A DNA stretch of 64,000 nt from Octopus vulgaris (GCA_951406725.2 OX597826.1:62124001-62188000), one strand, 5' to 3'; shown: positions 41,710 to 56,208, numbered from the stretch's first letter. Made by a program: numbers and translations. Notes: generated by a model not told the origin, from the sequence alone.

Positions 41710-42310
41710 AGCATCAAGAAGTTTATGGCATCCTAGTTTGAATGCAACCTCCATGCAAGAGTTCTCCACCAACTACTTACAGTATAAAAAGCAAGGCACA
41801 CTGACGAACAACAAATGTCGGTTGTGCAAGCATTAAAGTAAAAACAATGCCTTCTAGATGATGCGATGCCCTGAAAAATCAAGACCAGAATAAGAAATAA
41901 GAAAATACCAGCAAAGATCTCTATATGAAGATCTATGGGTGAAAAGAATATTGATGGAGCTGAAACTACAAAACGGTAATCAAATTAAAACAACACGGCA
42001 GAATATTGTTGTGCAGGACCACAAAAAATGTCCGTTTCCTTGTTGTGGAAATCAGTAATCCTCTGAACAGTAAGATAGAGTATAAGGATCACTGATTTGG
42101 AGTACTGAGTTCAGTAGCCAATATACACTTTCAGTTACTGAATGATGATTATTGGAGTAACACGATACATACAAGTCTGTCTGAGGGAAATTATGGACGG
42201 ACTTTCGTTGTTAGAGAGGAAATGTATACCTTTAATTTATACGCTACAAATAATCACGGTATCTGAGAAAACAAAAATCTGAAAGATTTGCTTAAAATTT
42301 ACGGGAGAAT
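41710..42310 (+). mobile_element. Highly decayed RLE-type non-LTR fragment
   Basis: Degenerate MQE..T.Y, KCRLC and IVVQD...LVVEIS.P motifs. Confidence 0.45.
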
Positions 42311-42428
42311 TAAAAAACGAGAGGCTTTTCTTCAAAACCCTGCTGCTAAGTTAGTATCTTCTCTAAATTGAAAAACAAAACGAAGCTATACAAAATTACA
42401 TATACAATATACATAAATAGTACATATA

Positions 42429-43531
42429 TTTTTTTATTTTTTATTTTTTATTTTATTTAGTTTCAGCTCACGAGCTGTGGCCACGCTGGGGCACCGCCAT
42501 TTGGTGTTGCTACATGATTTTGCTTCACGAATGCTTTTTAGCAACTGTCATTTGGTGCATGAGAGAGTTCGATGCAGCTGCCCTCATCTGCACCTTCTGC
42601 CGTGAAGTTGGTTCATCCGGGACTCCTGACAGGAAGAGATCCATTCCTACTTTAAAGACATCCGCATCCACCCCATGCAGGTACCTCAGGTTCTTCGGGA
42701 AGATATTGAAGAGCTGTGGGCCTCTGAAGCCCAGGCTATCACAGTATCTTGTCCTACATCTTGATGGCAAATTTGGAGTCCTTGGCATCACGCAGTGGCG
42801 CCCAGTTCTGGGATTTGTGTAACTCTCGATGCCAATGTTTGGCATAAGTCCTTCCAGGATCTTCCAGATGTATATTATGGCATATCTTTCTCGCCTACGC
42901 TCCACGGAATAGAGTTTTAATCTCTTGAGTCTTTCCCAGTAGCTTATATGCTGCACAGAGGCTATCTTCTTCGTGTAGCTTCGTTGGATCACCTCAAGTT
43001 CTGTGATCAACTTGACACTAGATGGTGACCCTAGCTGAGAGCAATAATCAAAGTGGCTTAGGACAAGTGTCTTCCAGAGAACCATCATGGTTTCTTGTTC
43101 TCTTGTTTTAAAGGTTCTAAGAATCCATCCGGCCAGCCGTCTACATTTCATTGCCAATTTAGCAACATGTACATGAAAAGTTGCGTCATCACTCATGTAA
43201 ATACCCAGGTCAAGCACTGATTATGCCTCTGGGATTGCAATCCCTCTGGGTCCAGTTTATTCATTGGGTATTGCATTTAGTTTTGCATGCTGATAGCATA
43301 AAGCTTGAAACTGTTCAGCATTGAAGTGCATGCTATTCTTTTCAGCCCACTTGTATATTTTGTTCAGCTCACATTGCAGGTGCTTAATGTCGTCAGGGTT
43401 CTGTATTGCCTGTGAAACTTTTGTATCATCTGCATAACTTGTGATCGTGGCTCTCTGCGTGGCTGAGGGCATGTCTGAGAGGGCCATTATGAACAGTAGT
43501 AGTCCCAAAACAGTGTCCTGCGGAACACCGC
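42429..43531 (-). mobile_element. CR1-like LINE 3' fragment (reverse transcriptase)
   Basis: [34 protein letters not shown] and YWERLKRLKLYS.ERRRER motifs, with an A-rich (TAAAAAA)n tail. Confidence 0.92.
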
Positions 43532-43553
43532 ATATGCATATATATAAATAAAA

Positions 43554-43585
<32 letters not shown>

Positions 43586-43608
43586 GTGTGTGTGTGTGTA
43601 TGTATGTA

Positions 43609-43732
<124 letters not shown>

Positions 43733-44483
43733 TGCATATGTGTTTATTTATGCCTTCGTCTATGAATGTGCGTGTATGTGAATATATTGTAATCTCTGTG
43801 CAACACCAATTAAATATTCTATCATAAACATTAACGTTTCCGTGAAACATACTTTAGTCTGTTACCAAACATTTTGTATTTATGAGCTTGATAAGATATT
43901 GTACTTTAACAGTCAAAGAACGTTCAATTATGGCATGATTAATGAAACTCGATCATTAATTATTTCAATGTCAATGTTACTAATTTTAAATGATACGCTA
44001 TTAATAAATCTCACACGATTCTTGATTGTAATTAAGTTTGCATATAAGCTAGTTTTTCAATATATATCTCAGAACGGCGTTTAGAGAAACAGTATTAGAT
44101 TGTGTTTGTCTAGATATTATTTTTTTCCCCATATATTATTTCCCAAACCACTTCGGTATCGATAGGTCATCTGTGTATAGAAATGTAGTGTTAACTTAGC
44201 GTGCCAGTTTTATCAGAATTCAATAAAGATTGAATATGTTTGAGTTCCTGAGAGAATAGAAACTAATTTGTACAGAATGTTGAGAGATCATTTCATAGCC
44301 AACATTGCTATTATGTGTTTTCCTTCCAATATTACCAGCATTAAACTAAAGGGTTTTATAGATATCTTTAATTGAATATAAGGAGGTATTTTGTCGCTTA
44401 ACTGTAGTTCTCCAATAAGCAAATAGGTTTGAGAGAGATATGAGGATAAGCACACAGACCCGCACACACGCGCACACATACAC

Positions 44484-44522
<39 letters not shown>

Positions 44523-44563
44523 CATATATGTATATATGTAAATATATATGTTTGATTTTATAC

Positions 44564-44606
<43 letters not shown>

Positions 44607-44699
44607 CATATATATGTATATATATATAATATATATATATATATGTATATATATACGTAGTATGCATACATACATAATACATAAATATATGTATGCATG

Positions 44700-44731
<32 letters not shown>

Positions 44732-45432
44732 AGTATATATAATATATAAATATATATATATATATATACAGGTACACACACACATGTACACAGAGAGAGA
44801 AAGGGAGAGGGGGATGCGTGTAGGTTAGTATATTTCTCTAGAAAGTCCACAAAAATCTTTTAAGCTATCCTAACATATATAATAGGCTTCTCCTTATATT
44901 TGGCAATGTAATTACTTTAGCTTCGTGTTTTGAGCATCTGCTTACAGATGTATATAGATAGTTAATATTATCATTGAGTTCACAAATGGGTGGGTGAGAA
45001 AATCCTGTACATATATAATATAATATAATATAATAGAAAAAGATATCAGTTCATATAAGGTCAAGTTGATTGTCCTCTTTAAGTTACCCGATAACAATAT
45101 TTGAAGCAACATCATCTAAACCAAAAGGTACTTCTCTCAAAGTATCGGAAAGCCTCATATCATGATGTAGTTACCAAGACTTGGTAAGTGTTTTTCATGT
45201 TCGTATTAGGGAAAGGTTTGGAAGAAATTCTTCCATTTAGGAATAAATTCGATCATTCGTATATGTAGCTACACTATCTTCATGGTGTTATTCAAATGGG
45301 AACATTTGACAGGACTCCCTAGAGGCCTTTGTGATTCATCGATCGCATAGTTGCATTCAGCTGGAGGTGAAAGTGAAATGGATTTACACGTACTCCTTAT
45401 ATAACCCTACAACCCCACTCTCTCTCTAACAC

Positions 45433-45485
<53 letters not shown>

Positions 45486-45494
45486 CATATACAT

Positions 45495-45533
<39 letters not shown>

Positions 45534-45540
45534 CACATAC

Positions 45541-45615
<75 letters not shown>

Positions 45616-45639
45616 TATATACATATATATATATACATA

Positions 45640-45761
<122 letters not shown>

Positions 45762-46504
45762 TGAAAGGAAGTTATTTAATTCCACAGGGGAATTTTATGA
45801 TACTTAAACTAGGCATATTTATAGTGCGCCATGTATCTCCAAGCAATTTTTCAAGCGTTGTTTATGCGATTTCATATCGATCTTCAATGTTGAGACTCTC
45901 GATTATCTTACATACGTACATATGCAAAGGCAAACATCTGCCCGCGCACACAATTCAGCCGCATCTTTTGACGATGATGTGTGTGAGTGCGCATGTGTAA
46001 AGAAGCATAGAGAAGCAACAGGGAACTATAGCATTACTATACGAAACAATTACAGACTAACCTTCTGACTTGAATGATGTATCTTTTGTAATTATATTTA
46101 TAACGTAGTTATAGTGGGACTAGTGTCGCAATCTTGGCTGTTCCAGTCACACAAGTATGCCTGATTTATTTACAAGTTTTTGGACTGTCTGTCGTGTCCT
46201 GTAACATATTCATAATTCTGAAGTAGCCACATTAATTACTCTCTCTTTCTCTCTCCCTCCTCTCTCTCCCCCACTCTTCTTGCTCTCTCCCCTCACTCTC
46301 TATATATATGTATATATATACAAATAGATAAGTGTATTTTTCCCTTGCGAACAATTAACACGGAAAATAGATAAATAGTTGCCAGGGTAGCAAAAGATCA
46401 CACAAGTAAATAGGTTGTAACTCCTAGTTTTTAAAGGTAGAAACTTCGAGTTTACGTGAAATTTTTTGTACAATATATAACGCAGGTATAATTCAAATAC
46501 TTTT

Positions 46505-46590
46505 ACTTCCGACACATGTTTCGAAGATTTCACTGATATTATTCCAAAGGAATAAATGGTGTAAAGCAATGTAATCTCTATCAGGGAAGT
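46505..46590 (-). ncRNA. Degenerate type I hammerhead motif with long helix II
   Basis: Minus strand reads ACTTCC-CTGATAG(A)-long stem containing TTATTCC/GGAATAA-GAAAC-ATGT-GTC-GGAAGT. The core deviates from CUGANGA. Confidence 0.5.
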
Positions 46591-46695
46591 GAAGAAATAA
46601 AACTCGTCAATAAGACATTTTAACAGAAAATATATATAAATACATATATATATATTATATGAGTGTGTGTGTGAGAGTGAATGTGAGCGTGTGTA

Positions 46696-46739
<44 letters not shown>

Positions 46740-46746
<7 letters not shown>

Positions 46747-47144
46747 ACAAAGAAGTCAAGGTTGAAAATGCTAACATAATTTTGTAAAAACATTTCAGTC
46801 CCGGTTCCAGTCATTGAGACTTTTCAACTGTAAGTATGGAAAACAATTAAATTTTGGAAAAAATTAAAAGAAAAGTTTTTTTAAAAGAATATTTGCATAG
46901 TATTCATGGACCTCGAACCCATAAGAGTAAAGAAAAGAGTGACAGAGACAGGCAGAAACAAGGAAACTGTCGCTTTGTATTTGAATACTATGCTAACATT
47001 CTTTTAAAACTCTTTTAACTTTTCCAAAATTTAATTCTTTTTTGTACTTACAGTTGAAAAGGTGTCAATGTCCGAAACCGGTACTGAAATGTTTATTATA
47101 AAATTATTTTAGCATTTTCTACTTTTACTTTTTTCCCTATATAT
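46740..47144. repeat. Imperfect inverted repeat (~165-bp arms, ~75-bp spacer)
   Basis: 46740-46906 versus 46982-47144, e.g. CTTTTCAACTGTAAGTA/TACTTACAGTTGAAAAG and GCATAGTATTCA/TGAATACTATGC. Confidence 0.85.
47051..47086 (+). ncRNA. Minimal type I hammerhead motif with U3-A8 co-variation
   Basis: CAG-TTGAAAA-GGtgtcaatgtCC-GAAAC-CG-GTA-CTG. Helix III is the palindrome ACCGGT. A mutated inverted twin lies at 46796-46830. Confidence 0.55.
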
Positions 47145-47194
47145 CAGCTCGTGTGTTCCTTTTCAACTTTCTACATATATGTATATATATATAT

Positions 47195-47310
47195 AATTTT
47201 CAGAATGAGATAAAAGTCCAAAGATGTGAAGGATTTTAGAACATTTATAAAGAGAAAGTCTTACAGCTGTTTCCGGGATATTTTATATACCCCTTCATCG
47301 ATAAGATATG
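47195..47310 (-). mobile_element. Second copy of the 10746 family with decayed hammerhead
   Basis: Shares AATTTTCAGAATGAGATAAAA...GATTTTAGAACATTT with the 10746 copy. Minus strand has CGATGA-AGGGG...CCCG-GAAAC-AGCT-GTA. Confidence 0.55.
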
Positions 47311-47543
47311 AAATAGAGGGTGAAGTGGAGGAATGAAAATAGACGCGAGATATACAGGGATATTGCATTTGTAGATCCATTATTTAGGCAGAATGCTATG
47401 CATATAAGATTCCAATACTATTGAATCGAGGGTGGAGCTTAAATATAGTCTGTCCATAGCACTTAATCAGCATTACCTGATACCTTTGGGTCTTATTCAC
47501 ACCATTACCTCTCATAACCTCTCTGTCTATCTGTCTGTCTGTT

Positions 47544-47650
<107 letters not shown>

Positions 47651-47654
47651 TCTT

Positions 47655-48050
47655 ATTTGTTCTTATTTGTTTCAGTCATTTGACTGCGGCCATGCTGGAA
47701 CACTACCTTTAGTCGAACGAATCGAGCCCAGAACTTATTCTTTGTAAGCCTAGTACTTATTCTATTCGGTCACTTTTTGCCGAACCGTTATGTTATGGGG
47801 ACGTCAACACACCAACATCTGTTGTCAAGTGATATTGGGGGACAAACATAGACACAAACATATACACACACATACATATATATATATATACATATATTCG
47901 ACGTGCCTCTTTCAGTTTCCGTCTACCAAATCCACTCACAAAGCTCTGGTCGGCCCAAGCGATATTAGAAGACACTTGCCCAAGGTGACACGGAGCGGAA
48001 CTGAACCCGGAACTATGTTGTTGGTAAGCAAGCTACTTACCACACAGCTA
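47655..48050 (-). mobile_element. SINE family B
   Basis: Full-length reverse-complement match to the other copies. Confidence 0.8.
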
Positions 48051-48064
48051 CTCTCTCTCTCTCA

Positions 48065-48116
<52 letters not shown>

Positions 48117-48542
48117 GAAATATATGAGTATATGTTTGCCCGTACGCACATATGTATGGACGGATGGATAGTAGATGAATGTATGCCTATGTGTGTATGT
48201 ATATATTCATGAATGTATGTATATATATATATATGTGTGTGTGTGTGCGTGCATGAATGTCGTATGCGTATACTAAATAAATATTCATAGCTGGTCAGAA
48301 AATATAATTTGCAAATAGATTATGAAGCTGAACACTTTTTTTAAAGTTGAAATTTAATGGTAACAATATAGACAAAGATAGTAAAATATATAATGTAATA
48401 TATATTTAAATGATGCGAAAATTTAGGCACAGACACACGAATACACACACAGATGTATATGTATGTATATATATATATATATATATATATAAATGCGTAG
48501 TTGTGTTTCAGCGAGTTTAATTGTATGTAAAGTTTGTATGCC

Positions 48543-48591
<49 letters not shown>

Positions 48592-49094
48592 TACCTGACA
48601 AATTAACTAAACATAACTATGCATATATATCATCATATATGTCGGTTGCGTGTCTATTGCCCATGTTACATTATTGCCCGTCAGTTATTTCTCAATTTAC
48701 ATGCGTTTTGTTTATGAAACCAAAATTTGATAACTATATGCATTCGTATATAAACGCGTATAATGCACACGCATACTCATTGTAATACACACGCTTAAGT
48801 TTGAATCATATTACATTTTTTTCCTATAATTTATACTGCGAATATGTTTCCTTTATAGAAATTTTATCAGTTATTTTACAGTTGTCTAATACTCTATGCA
48901 TAAATTAATATATATTCTAACCACTTGCTGAACAGCTATAAATATTCTATTTTAGAAAAAAATAAACAAACACTCTCGTGGCATATTGGTAATTAGTTAT
49001 TTAAACCTGGGTAGCGTTAAAATTGTGTGTAGGAATGAAGCAATTGATAGTAATTTCAGCACTTTAATATGTATGTATTTATAGATATATACGC

Positions 49095-49137
<43 letters not shown>

Positions 49138-49185
49138 AATTTATATATATATATTATATACACATACATATATACATAATATATA

Positions 49186-49239
<54 letters not shown>

Positions 49240-49421
49240 TTTATATACATATGTACATACATATATATATGCCACATATCTAAACTAACTCTTTGCACCT
49301 TTTCGGTCTCTCTAGGCCCAGTGAACATAGCATAGTTAGCGTTATCGTCTTAACTATTGGCTTTTAAGATAAAAAAATACGTCCTTTATTTAATTACATT
49401 CTGTAATTTTATATTAAGCAA

Positions 49422-49506
<85 letters not shown>

Positions 49507-50104
49507 GCAAAAGCAACAACAACAACAATGATAGCAACAATAAAATAAATTCTGGATGCAAAGCAATTCTAAAATATTGGTTTTCCAACAAAGTTATTGA
49601 TTACATTTTTTTCCCACTAACACGAAAATTGATATTAGGATTTGACAGATAGAAGTGTGAAAAATATGTCATCTTCTTTTGCTTTCGTTTTAATTTTTAT
49701 TTTTGTAGACATAGGGTATATTAGACATAAGGTATATCGTGGGCATTGTACCTACGTAGATGTTATATTTCCAAATACCTTGATACGAAACATTAGCAAT
49801 ATCACCATAATATTTTACCGTTCCCTTCCACATTATCCGAGGTCTCATACCTGTCAGATAATTATATAATTATTTTTGCTATTACTCTGGTAGACTAGGA
49901 GTCCAGTACGGAGGAGTGGTAGAAATAGCCCGAAATCAGGACTGGTCTACTGGTACCGTCAGTAGGGATTCGCTCCGTTGCTCGCAACTTTGTTGGATGC
50001 AACAGTGCACCGTTAAGCTAGAGGGAATTCATCTTGAGGTTTTAAAAAAAATCGCAGTAGAATCCGCTCGAACGGACAGCCACATTAAAGTGGGTATTCT
50101 TTGG

Positions 50105-50665
50105 GCAGGAGTGGCTGTGTGGTAACTAGCTTGCTTACCAGCCACATGTTCCAGTTTCTGTCTCGTTGCGTGGCACCTTGTGCAAGTGTCTTCTGCTATA
50201 GCCTCGGGCCAACCAAAACCTTGTGAGCAGATTTGGTATATATATAAGTCTACTACTTATATATATTCGCTATAGGGACGGGTAACCACTATAAGCTGTA
50301 GTGGGGAACATTTCACACGTGTGATGAGGCTGACCAAAGGATTTTATTTTTAGATATATCTGTGGTACTTATATGTACTCATTATTTTTGCTTCGGCTTC
50401 TTTCCATGGGCGCATGTAAGTATCTTATTTATATCTTTTCGTATTTTCTACTGAAGAGGAAAAAATCTATTATGAGATTAATTCCGAAATTGATTCAATA
50501 TAGAAATAACGAGCTTTTTAAAAAAATTATTTTGGCTTGCTTTCCTCGATTTCAGCTCTTCGTGTTTTCTGTAGCGAGTAAATAATATGTGGAAATTGAC
50601 GATTTAAAAGTCTGTTATCAGCATATTGGCTTAGAATAATTTTCTTTAGCACTTATCTATAAGTT

Positions 50666-50745
<80 letters not shown>

Positions 50746-50840
50746 TTGTGTCTCTGTGTTTCTCCCCCCACCATCGTTTGACAACCGATATTGGTGTGTT
50801 GACGTCTCCGTAATTTAGCAGTTCGGCAAAATGTCCGACA
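50105..50840 (+). mobile_element. SINE family B split by a hammerhead-bearing insert
   Basis: 5' half at 50105-50240, 3' half at 50745-50840, with ~420 bp of unrelated sequence plus (TA)n between them. Confidence 0.7.
50445..50506 (+). ncRNA. Type I hammerhead ribozyme motif, apparently intact
   Basis: Helix I TTTCTA/TAGAAA; core CTGAAGA (50451-57); helix II GGAA-AA-AATCT-loop-AGATT-AA-TTCC; GAAA (50486-89); helix III ATTG/CAAT; AUA triplet with predicted cleavage after 50500. Confidence 0.8.
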
Positions 50841-52160
50841 GGCATTTCGTCTGCCTTTACATTCTGAGTTTAAATTCCACTGAGGTCAGCTTTGCCTGTC
50901 ATACTTATGCAGTCGATAAAGTAAGCACCAGTAATGGAGTAGACATAATCGATTAACTCTCTCTCACCGTACATTTCACGCGATGTGCCTATTACAGAAA
51001 TAATTATTCTATTAGGAGGCGAGTTAGCAGAATTGTTCGGATGCTGGACAAGGAATTTTACCGGACTTCACACTCTGAGTTCAAATACCACGGTCGTCGA
51101 CCTTTCATTCTTTCGAGTTCAGTAAAATAAAGTTATACACTGGAGTCGATATAACCGACGAGCCTGCTTCTGCAAAATGTCAGGTCTTGTACTTATTCAA
51201 GGCGGCAAGCTAGCAAATCCTTAGCGCGCCGAACAAAATGCTTAGCAACATTTCTTCAAACATTTTAACTTAGGAGTTCAAAAAGTGTTATGGTCACCTT
51301 TGGCTTTCATTTTCCTGAGGATAATAAATAAGTATCATTTGAAGAATGGGGCCGATGGAATCGGCTAACCTACATCCTACATCTTCTGTTAAAATTTATG
51401 ACAATTAGGTGCAATGAACATTGAAAGGCTAGCATGATCGTCTTAACTATTCTGGCCTTGTGCCAAAATTAGAAAGAAATATAATTTCAACAATTGGATT
51501 TTAGTGTCGGAAAGTTAAAAATTAAAAAAACCTTCACCCTTTATTCCTTGATTATGTTTTGCAGCTTTTAATAAGGCAAAATAAAATTTTGGTTGCAATG
51601 AAATTCTAAAATATTGGTTTTCCATCGGTCTTATTGATTAGAATATTTTCTTAACACAAAAACTAACTTGGCCCTATTAAACCTAACATGCAACCCATTT
51701 AGCGTAATAAGCTGACGCATGTATACATACATATACACATGTGTACACAGATGCGTACACACACAAACACACACACACACACACACTCACTCACGCACAC
51801 ACACACACACACACACGATTTACAGTTTATATGAATCGCCCGGTGGATATGTTCAAGCCGTGCAAAATGTTGATGCTTGTTTCTAGACTGCGTGTATTTA
51901 TGTGTGGCATTCTTAGGGTGTTGTGCAAGTCGTTATGAACTTTAAATTTCAGCACGTGCATTGCTGACAGCCATTGTTTTAACGTCTACGATAACATAAA
52001 TCTTCAGTAATGGCCGTAATAGTCTACAAGGTCACACACACACACACACACACACTATATATATATATATATATATTCAAACATATAAGGGATGTCCTAT
52101 TATGGCCATCCCTTATATGTCTGAATGTATATTACATAGTCGACTATTCTTTCTTTCTCA

Positions 52161-52207
52161 CTTCCTGATGATTTCATTTGAATGAAACAGTTCTAGTCCT
52201 GTAGAAG
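52161..52207 (+). ncRNA. Type I hammerhead motif
   Basis: CTTC-CTGATGA-T-TTC-attt-GAA-T-GAAACAG-ttctagtc-CTGTA-GAAG, with GUA triplet. Confidence 0.6.
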
Positions 52208-52213
52208 CTCCTT

Positions 52214-52259
<46 letters not shown>

Positions 52260-52370
52260 TTGATCACTTGACCGACCAGACTATCAGATGTTGCTACACA
52301 TCGCTGGACACAATGCGTTCGCATTGTTTTAGCCTTCGAACGACGCTACCCCGCTGGCTAAGTGAGCAGG

Positions 52371-52426
<56 letters not shown>

Positions 52427-53084
52427 GGTTCTTAATTACACAAACATCAAAATAACACTGACATTTCATTTTAACAGATATAATTACCAAATTACATAAA
52501 AATATCTTGAAATACTATAGAGTAAATTTATTCAATAAAATAGCCATTGGTTTCGACCACGGCAACCAGACGACTACGGAATCTCCTGTAACTCTTTTGG
52601 ACAGTCTCCTGAACTTAAGACTTCTACGTTATAACAATGAGAAACAGAGATTCTGCGTCACGACAATTAGTTATATACTTATTAAATAGAGTAAACATTT
52701 TAAGAAAACTTATGCGTATTTTATAATATATGTAAATCAACTATTATTAAGAATAGAAATATGTAAATGCCTTCCGAAATTTGTGATATCATTTCATTGT
52801 AAAATACTCATTGGAATTTAATAAAAATGATTTAGAATTATACAATATATTTCTTCAAGGCAAAGATCACATGCACATTACCAACATTATACGATGCACC
52901 ACTTTAAATTGCTCTTAATATTTCTATCTTTTAAATCCCAAATGCATAAAAGAAGTTGAAATTACACTGCAATTCTTTTACTCGTTTTCATTTTTGAATT
53001 TTTAAACATCAGATTTATCTGATATTAAAAAACAGAGATAGAAATACGTAGAGTTATGCTGCATTCCCCCTCTTTCTTTGCATG

Positions 53085-53130
<46 letters not shown>

Positions 53131-53134
<4 letters not shown>

Positions 53135-53435
53135 AGGTACGTGGCTTAGTAGTTAAGGTAATTGACTCACGACGGTTAGGTCTTGAGTGCTATTCCTCAA
53201 ACAAGATACCTTTCTTCATGTTGCACTTGTCCACTCAGGCGGTAAAAATGACTTGTACCTCAAAGGGCCGGCCCTGGCACTTTCTGTGTAACGCTGAATG
53301 TCCCTGATATCTACGTGAAGGGTACGCGTGTCTGTGGGGGTACTGTGGTACTTGCACGTTAATTTCATTTGCAGGCTATTCCGTTGACCGGATCAACTGG
53401 AACCTTTGTCGTCGTAACCGATGGTGTGTCAGTAT
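53131..53435 (+). mobile_element. Decayed SINE family A copy
   Basis: Shares AAGGGCCGGCC...GATCAACTGGAACC...CGTAACCGA; a 3' fragment also occurs at 56533-56635. Confidence 0.7.
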
Positions 53436-53478
53436 TCACCCTCTACACGCACACACGTACATATATACATACATACAC

Positions 53479-53599
<121 letters not shown>

Positions 53600-54306
53600 T
53601 CGTATATATTTTACTCATTTCTGTCCTTAATTTGCGGTCATGGTGATACAACTCCTCGCACAATTTAGTCACGTAACTCAACATCCGTAATTATTTTGTT
53701 TGAAAGCCAGAATTGCATTACAGTGCCAACTTTGCTTATCGAGGGATGGTGTGTAAAAAACCTCAAGGTCAAACAGAAACATTCACACAGGATTTATACG
53801 TATGCAACGGCCATCTTTCAGTTTACGTTAATGGAGTAGAACTGAACTCGAAACCATTTGATTCATTACAAGCTTAATACCGCCCAGGCACACTTGCGCC
53901 TATATTTATCTCACTGTTTGCCTGCCTGTCTGTCTGTCTCTGTCTGTCTCTCTCTTTCTACGCACACAAACATGCGAACATCACACACACCCGGAATATG
54001 GTATACGATAAAGCATAAAAATTTACCATCCAGTATGACTGTTTTGCCCTAACGCCAAATCTAAGGAGAGTAACGTCCCATGATTTATTGTCTTCCTTAC
54101 GACAATCTCCGTGAATTTAAAGAGACATTGTGTTTTTATCCAAAATGGAGATGACCACCATTCCTCCATGTGATCGGCTTGAAATATTTTTAAGATATTA
54201 AGATATTTTTGTATTTTTGTTAACACGAAACCAACGTTAGCCTTAAATCACAAATAAAATCCACTAATTTTGGGCACACATTTTCATCTTTCGACATATA
54301 TTTGTG

Positions 54307-54385
<79 letters not shown>

Positions 54386-54388
54386 ATG

Positions 54389-54431
<43 letters not shown>

Positions 54432-54443
54432 ATCTATCTATCA

Positions 54444-54485
<42 letters not shown>

Positions 54486-55175
54486 ATAAGTCTATCTATC
54501 TATCAATCTATCTATCTATCTATTTATCTATATCTATATCTATCTGTCTATCTATATATATATATATGCATGTGTATGTGTATGTAAAGACACGTACTTG
54601 CATACGTGTACACACGAATATATACGCATACAAATGCACACACACACACACACACACATATATAAACACCTACACACATATGCTTTGTTAACATATCTAA
54701 TAAAGATACTTTAAAAGTGGAAATTTTTTTGCAGCTCATTTGCCAATTTTAATTTCTCTGTTCTGATAATGAAACATTGCTGATTGCTGAATATTTTATT
54801 TTTATTTATTTTTTTTTTTCGGTTTTTGTTGTAGCTGTCCTATATGCAGCTGTGGTTATCATCGTTGTTGTTCAATAATGATGCTGTTGTTGTTGTAGTT
54901 GCTATTGGTATTGTTTCGTGTTTCTTTGATGTTTTTGTTTAGTTTCTTTTCTTTCTTAACCCATGACCTTATTTCATTGTTGACAGCAAATTAATATATA
55001 AATAAATAAATGAATAAGTAAATAAATGAATAGATAATTAAATAAAAGAAACAATAAATAGATTTACAAATGAATAAATAAATTTATAAATGAATACATA
55101 AAAAAAATCGACAATTTACATTTGAAGTACATTTCTATTACTTGATTGAGAATACTTGAAAACTCGTCCAATTAA

Positions 55176-55187
55176 GTAGTAGTAGTA

Positions 55188-55251
<64 letters not shown>

Positions 55252-55338
55252 CAGTAGTAGTAGTTGTAGCAGCCGCAGTAGCAGCAGCAGTAGTAGTAGT
55301 AGTAATAGTAGTAGTAATAATAATAATAATAATAATAA

Positions 55339-55388
<50 letters not shown>

Positions 55389-55720
55389 ATGGTGGTAGTA
55401 GTGATGGCGTGGGTGGAAGTGCTGGTTGCTGTGATGGTGATGGTGGTGGTGGTGGAGGCGATGGTGGGGTCTGTGGTGGCGGTGGTGCTGGTCGTCGTCG
55501 TTCTGGTAGAATTATTAGCAGTTGTGATATTGTTGGTCATCGTCGCCATCGTTGCCGTGGTGGTCATTGTAGTAGTCATCATCGTGGTAGTAGTGGCGGT
55601 GGTGGTAATGGTGGGGGTGGTGATGGTCGGGGTGGTGATGGTAATGGCGGTGATGGTGGTGATGATGGGGATCGACGTCGTCTTTTTAGTAGTAGTAGTA
55701 GTAGTTGTAGTAGTAGTAGT

Positions 55721-55818
<98 letters not shown>

Positions 55819-55825
55819 TAGTAGC

Positions 55826-55858
<33 letters not shown>

Positions 55859-55873
55859 TGCAGCAGCAGCAGT
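55176..55873. repeat. Compound (AGT)/(GGT)/(GCA) trinucleotide region
   Basis: Direct reading. Confidence 0.9.
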
Positions 55874-56208
55874 AAGTCTGTGGTTGCGATTTTCCAGGCT
55901 GCGTATTTCCGTGATTAGTTTGCCGGTACTCTTAGTGGTCCGAAAGGTTTTTGAGCTGTAGTGGGTACGTTTTGTAACTGTGGGGTGCGGGCCGGTCCGG
56001 GCTCTGGTGGTAACAGTGCAGTGCTATATGATTGATGTTGTTATGGTTGTGGCAGTGGTAGTGGTGATAATGGTGGAACTGTCGCAGTTAATGATAATGG
56101 GACGGCATTAGATTTATCTGAAAGTGCGTCTGGATGATAATCGATGGCGCAGAAGTGGAGTTTGTTGTTGAGAAGTCTTGGCTAGTGGCCGTTGTAATGG
56201 TGGAAATG

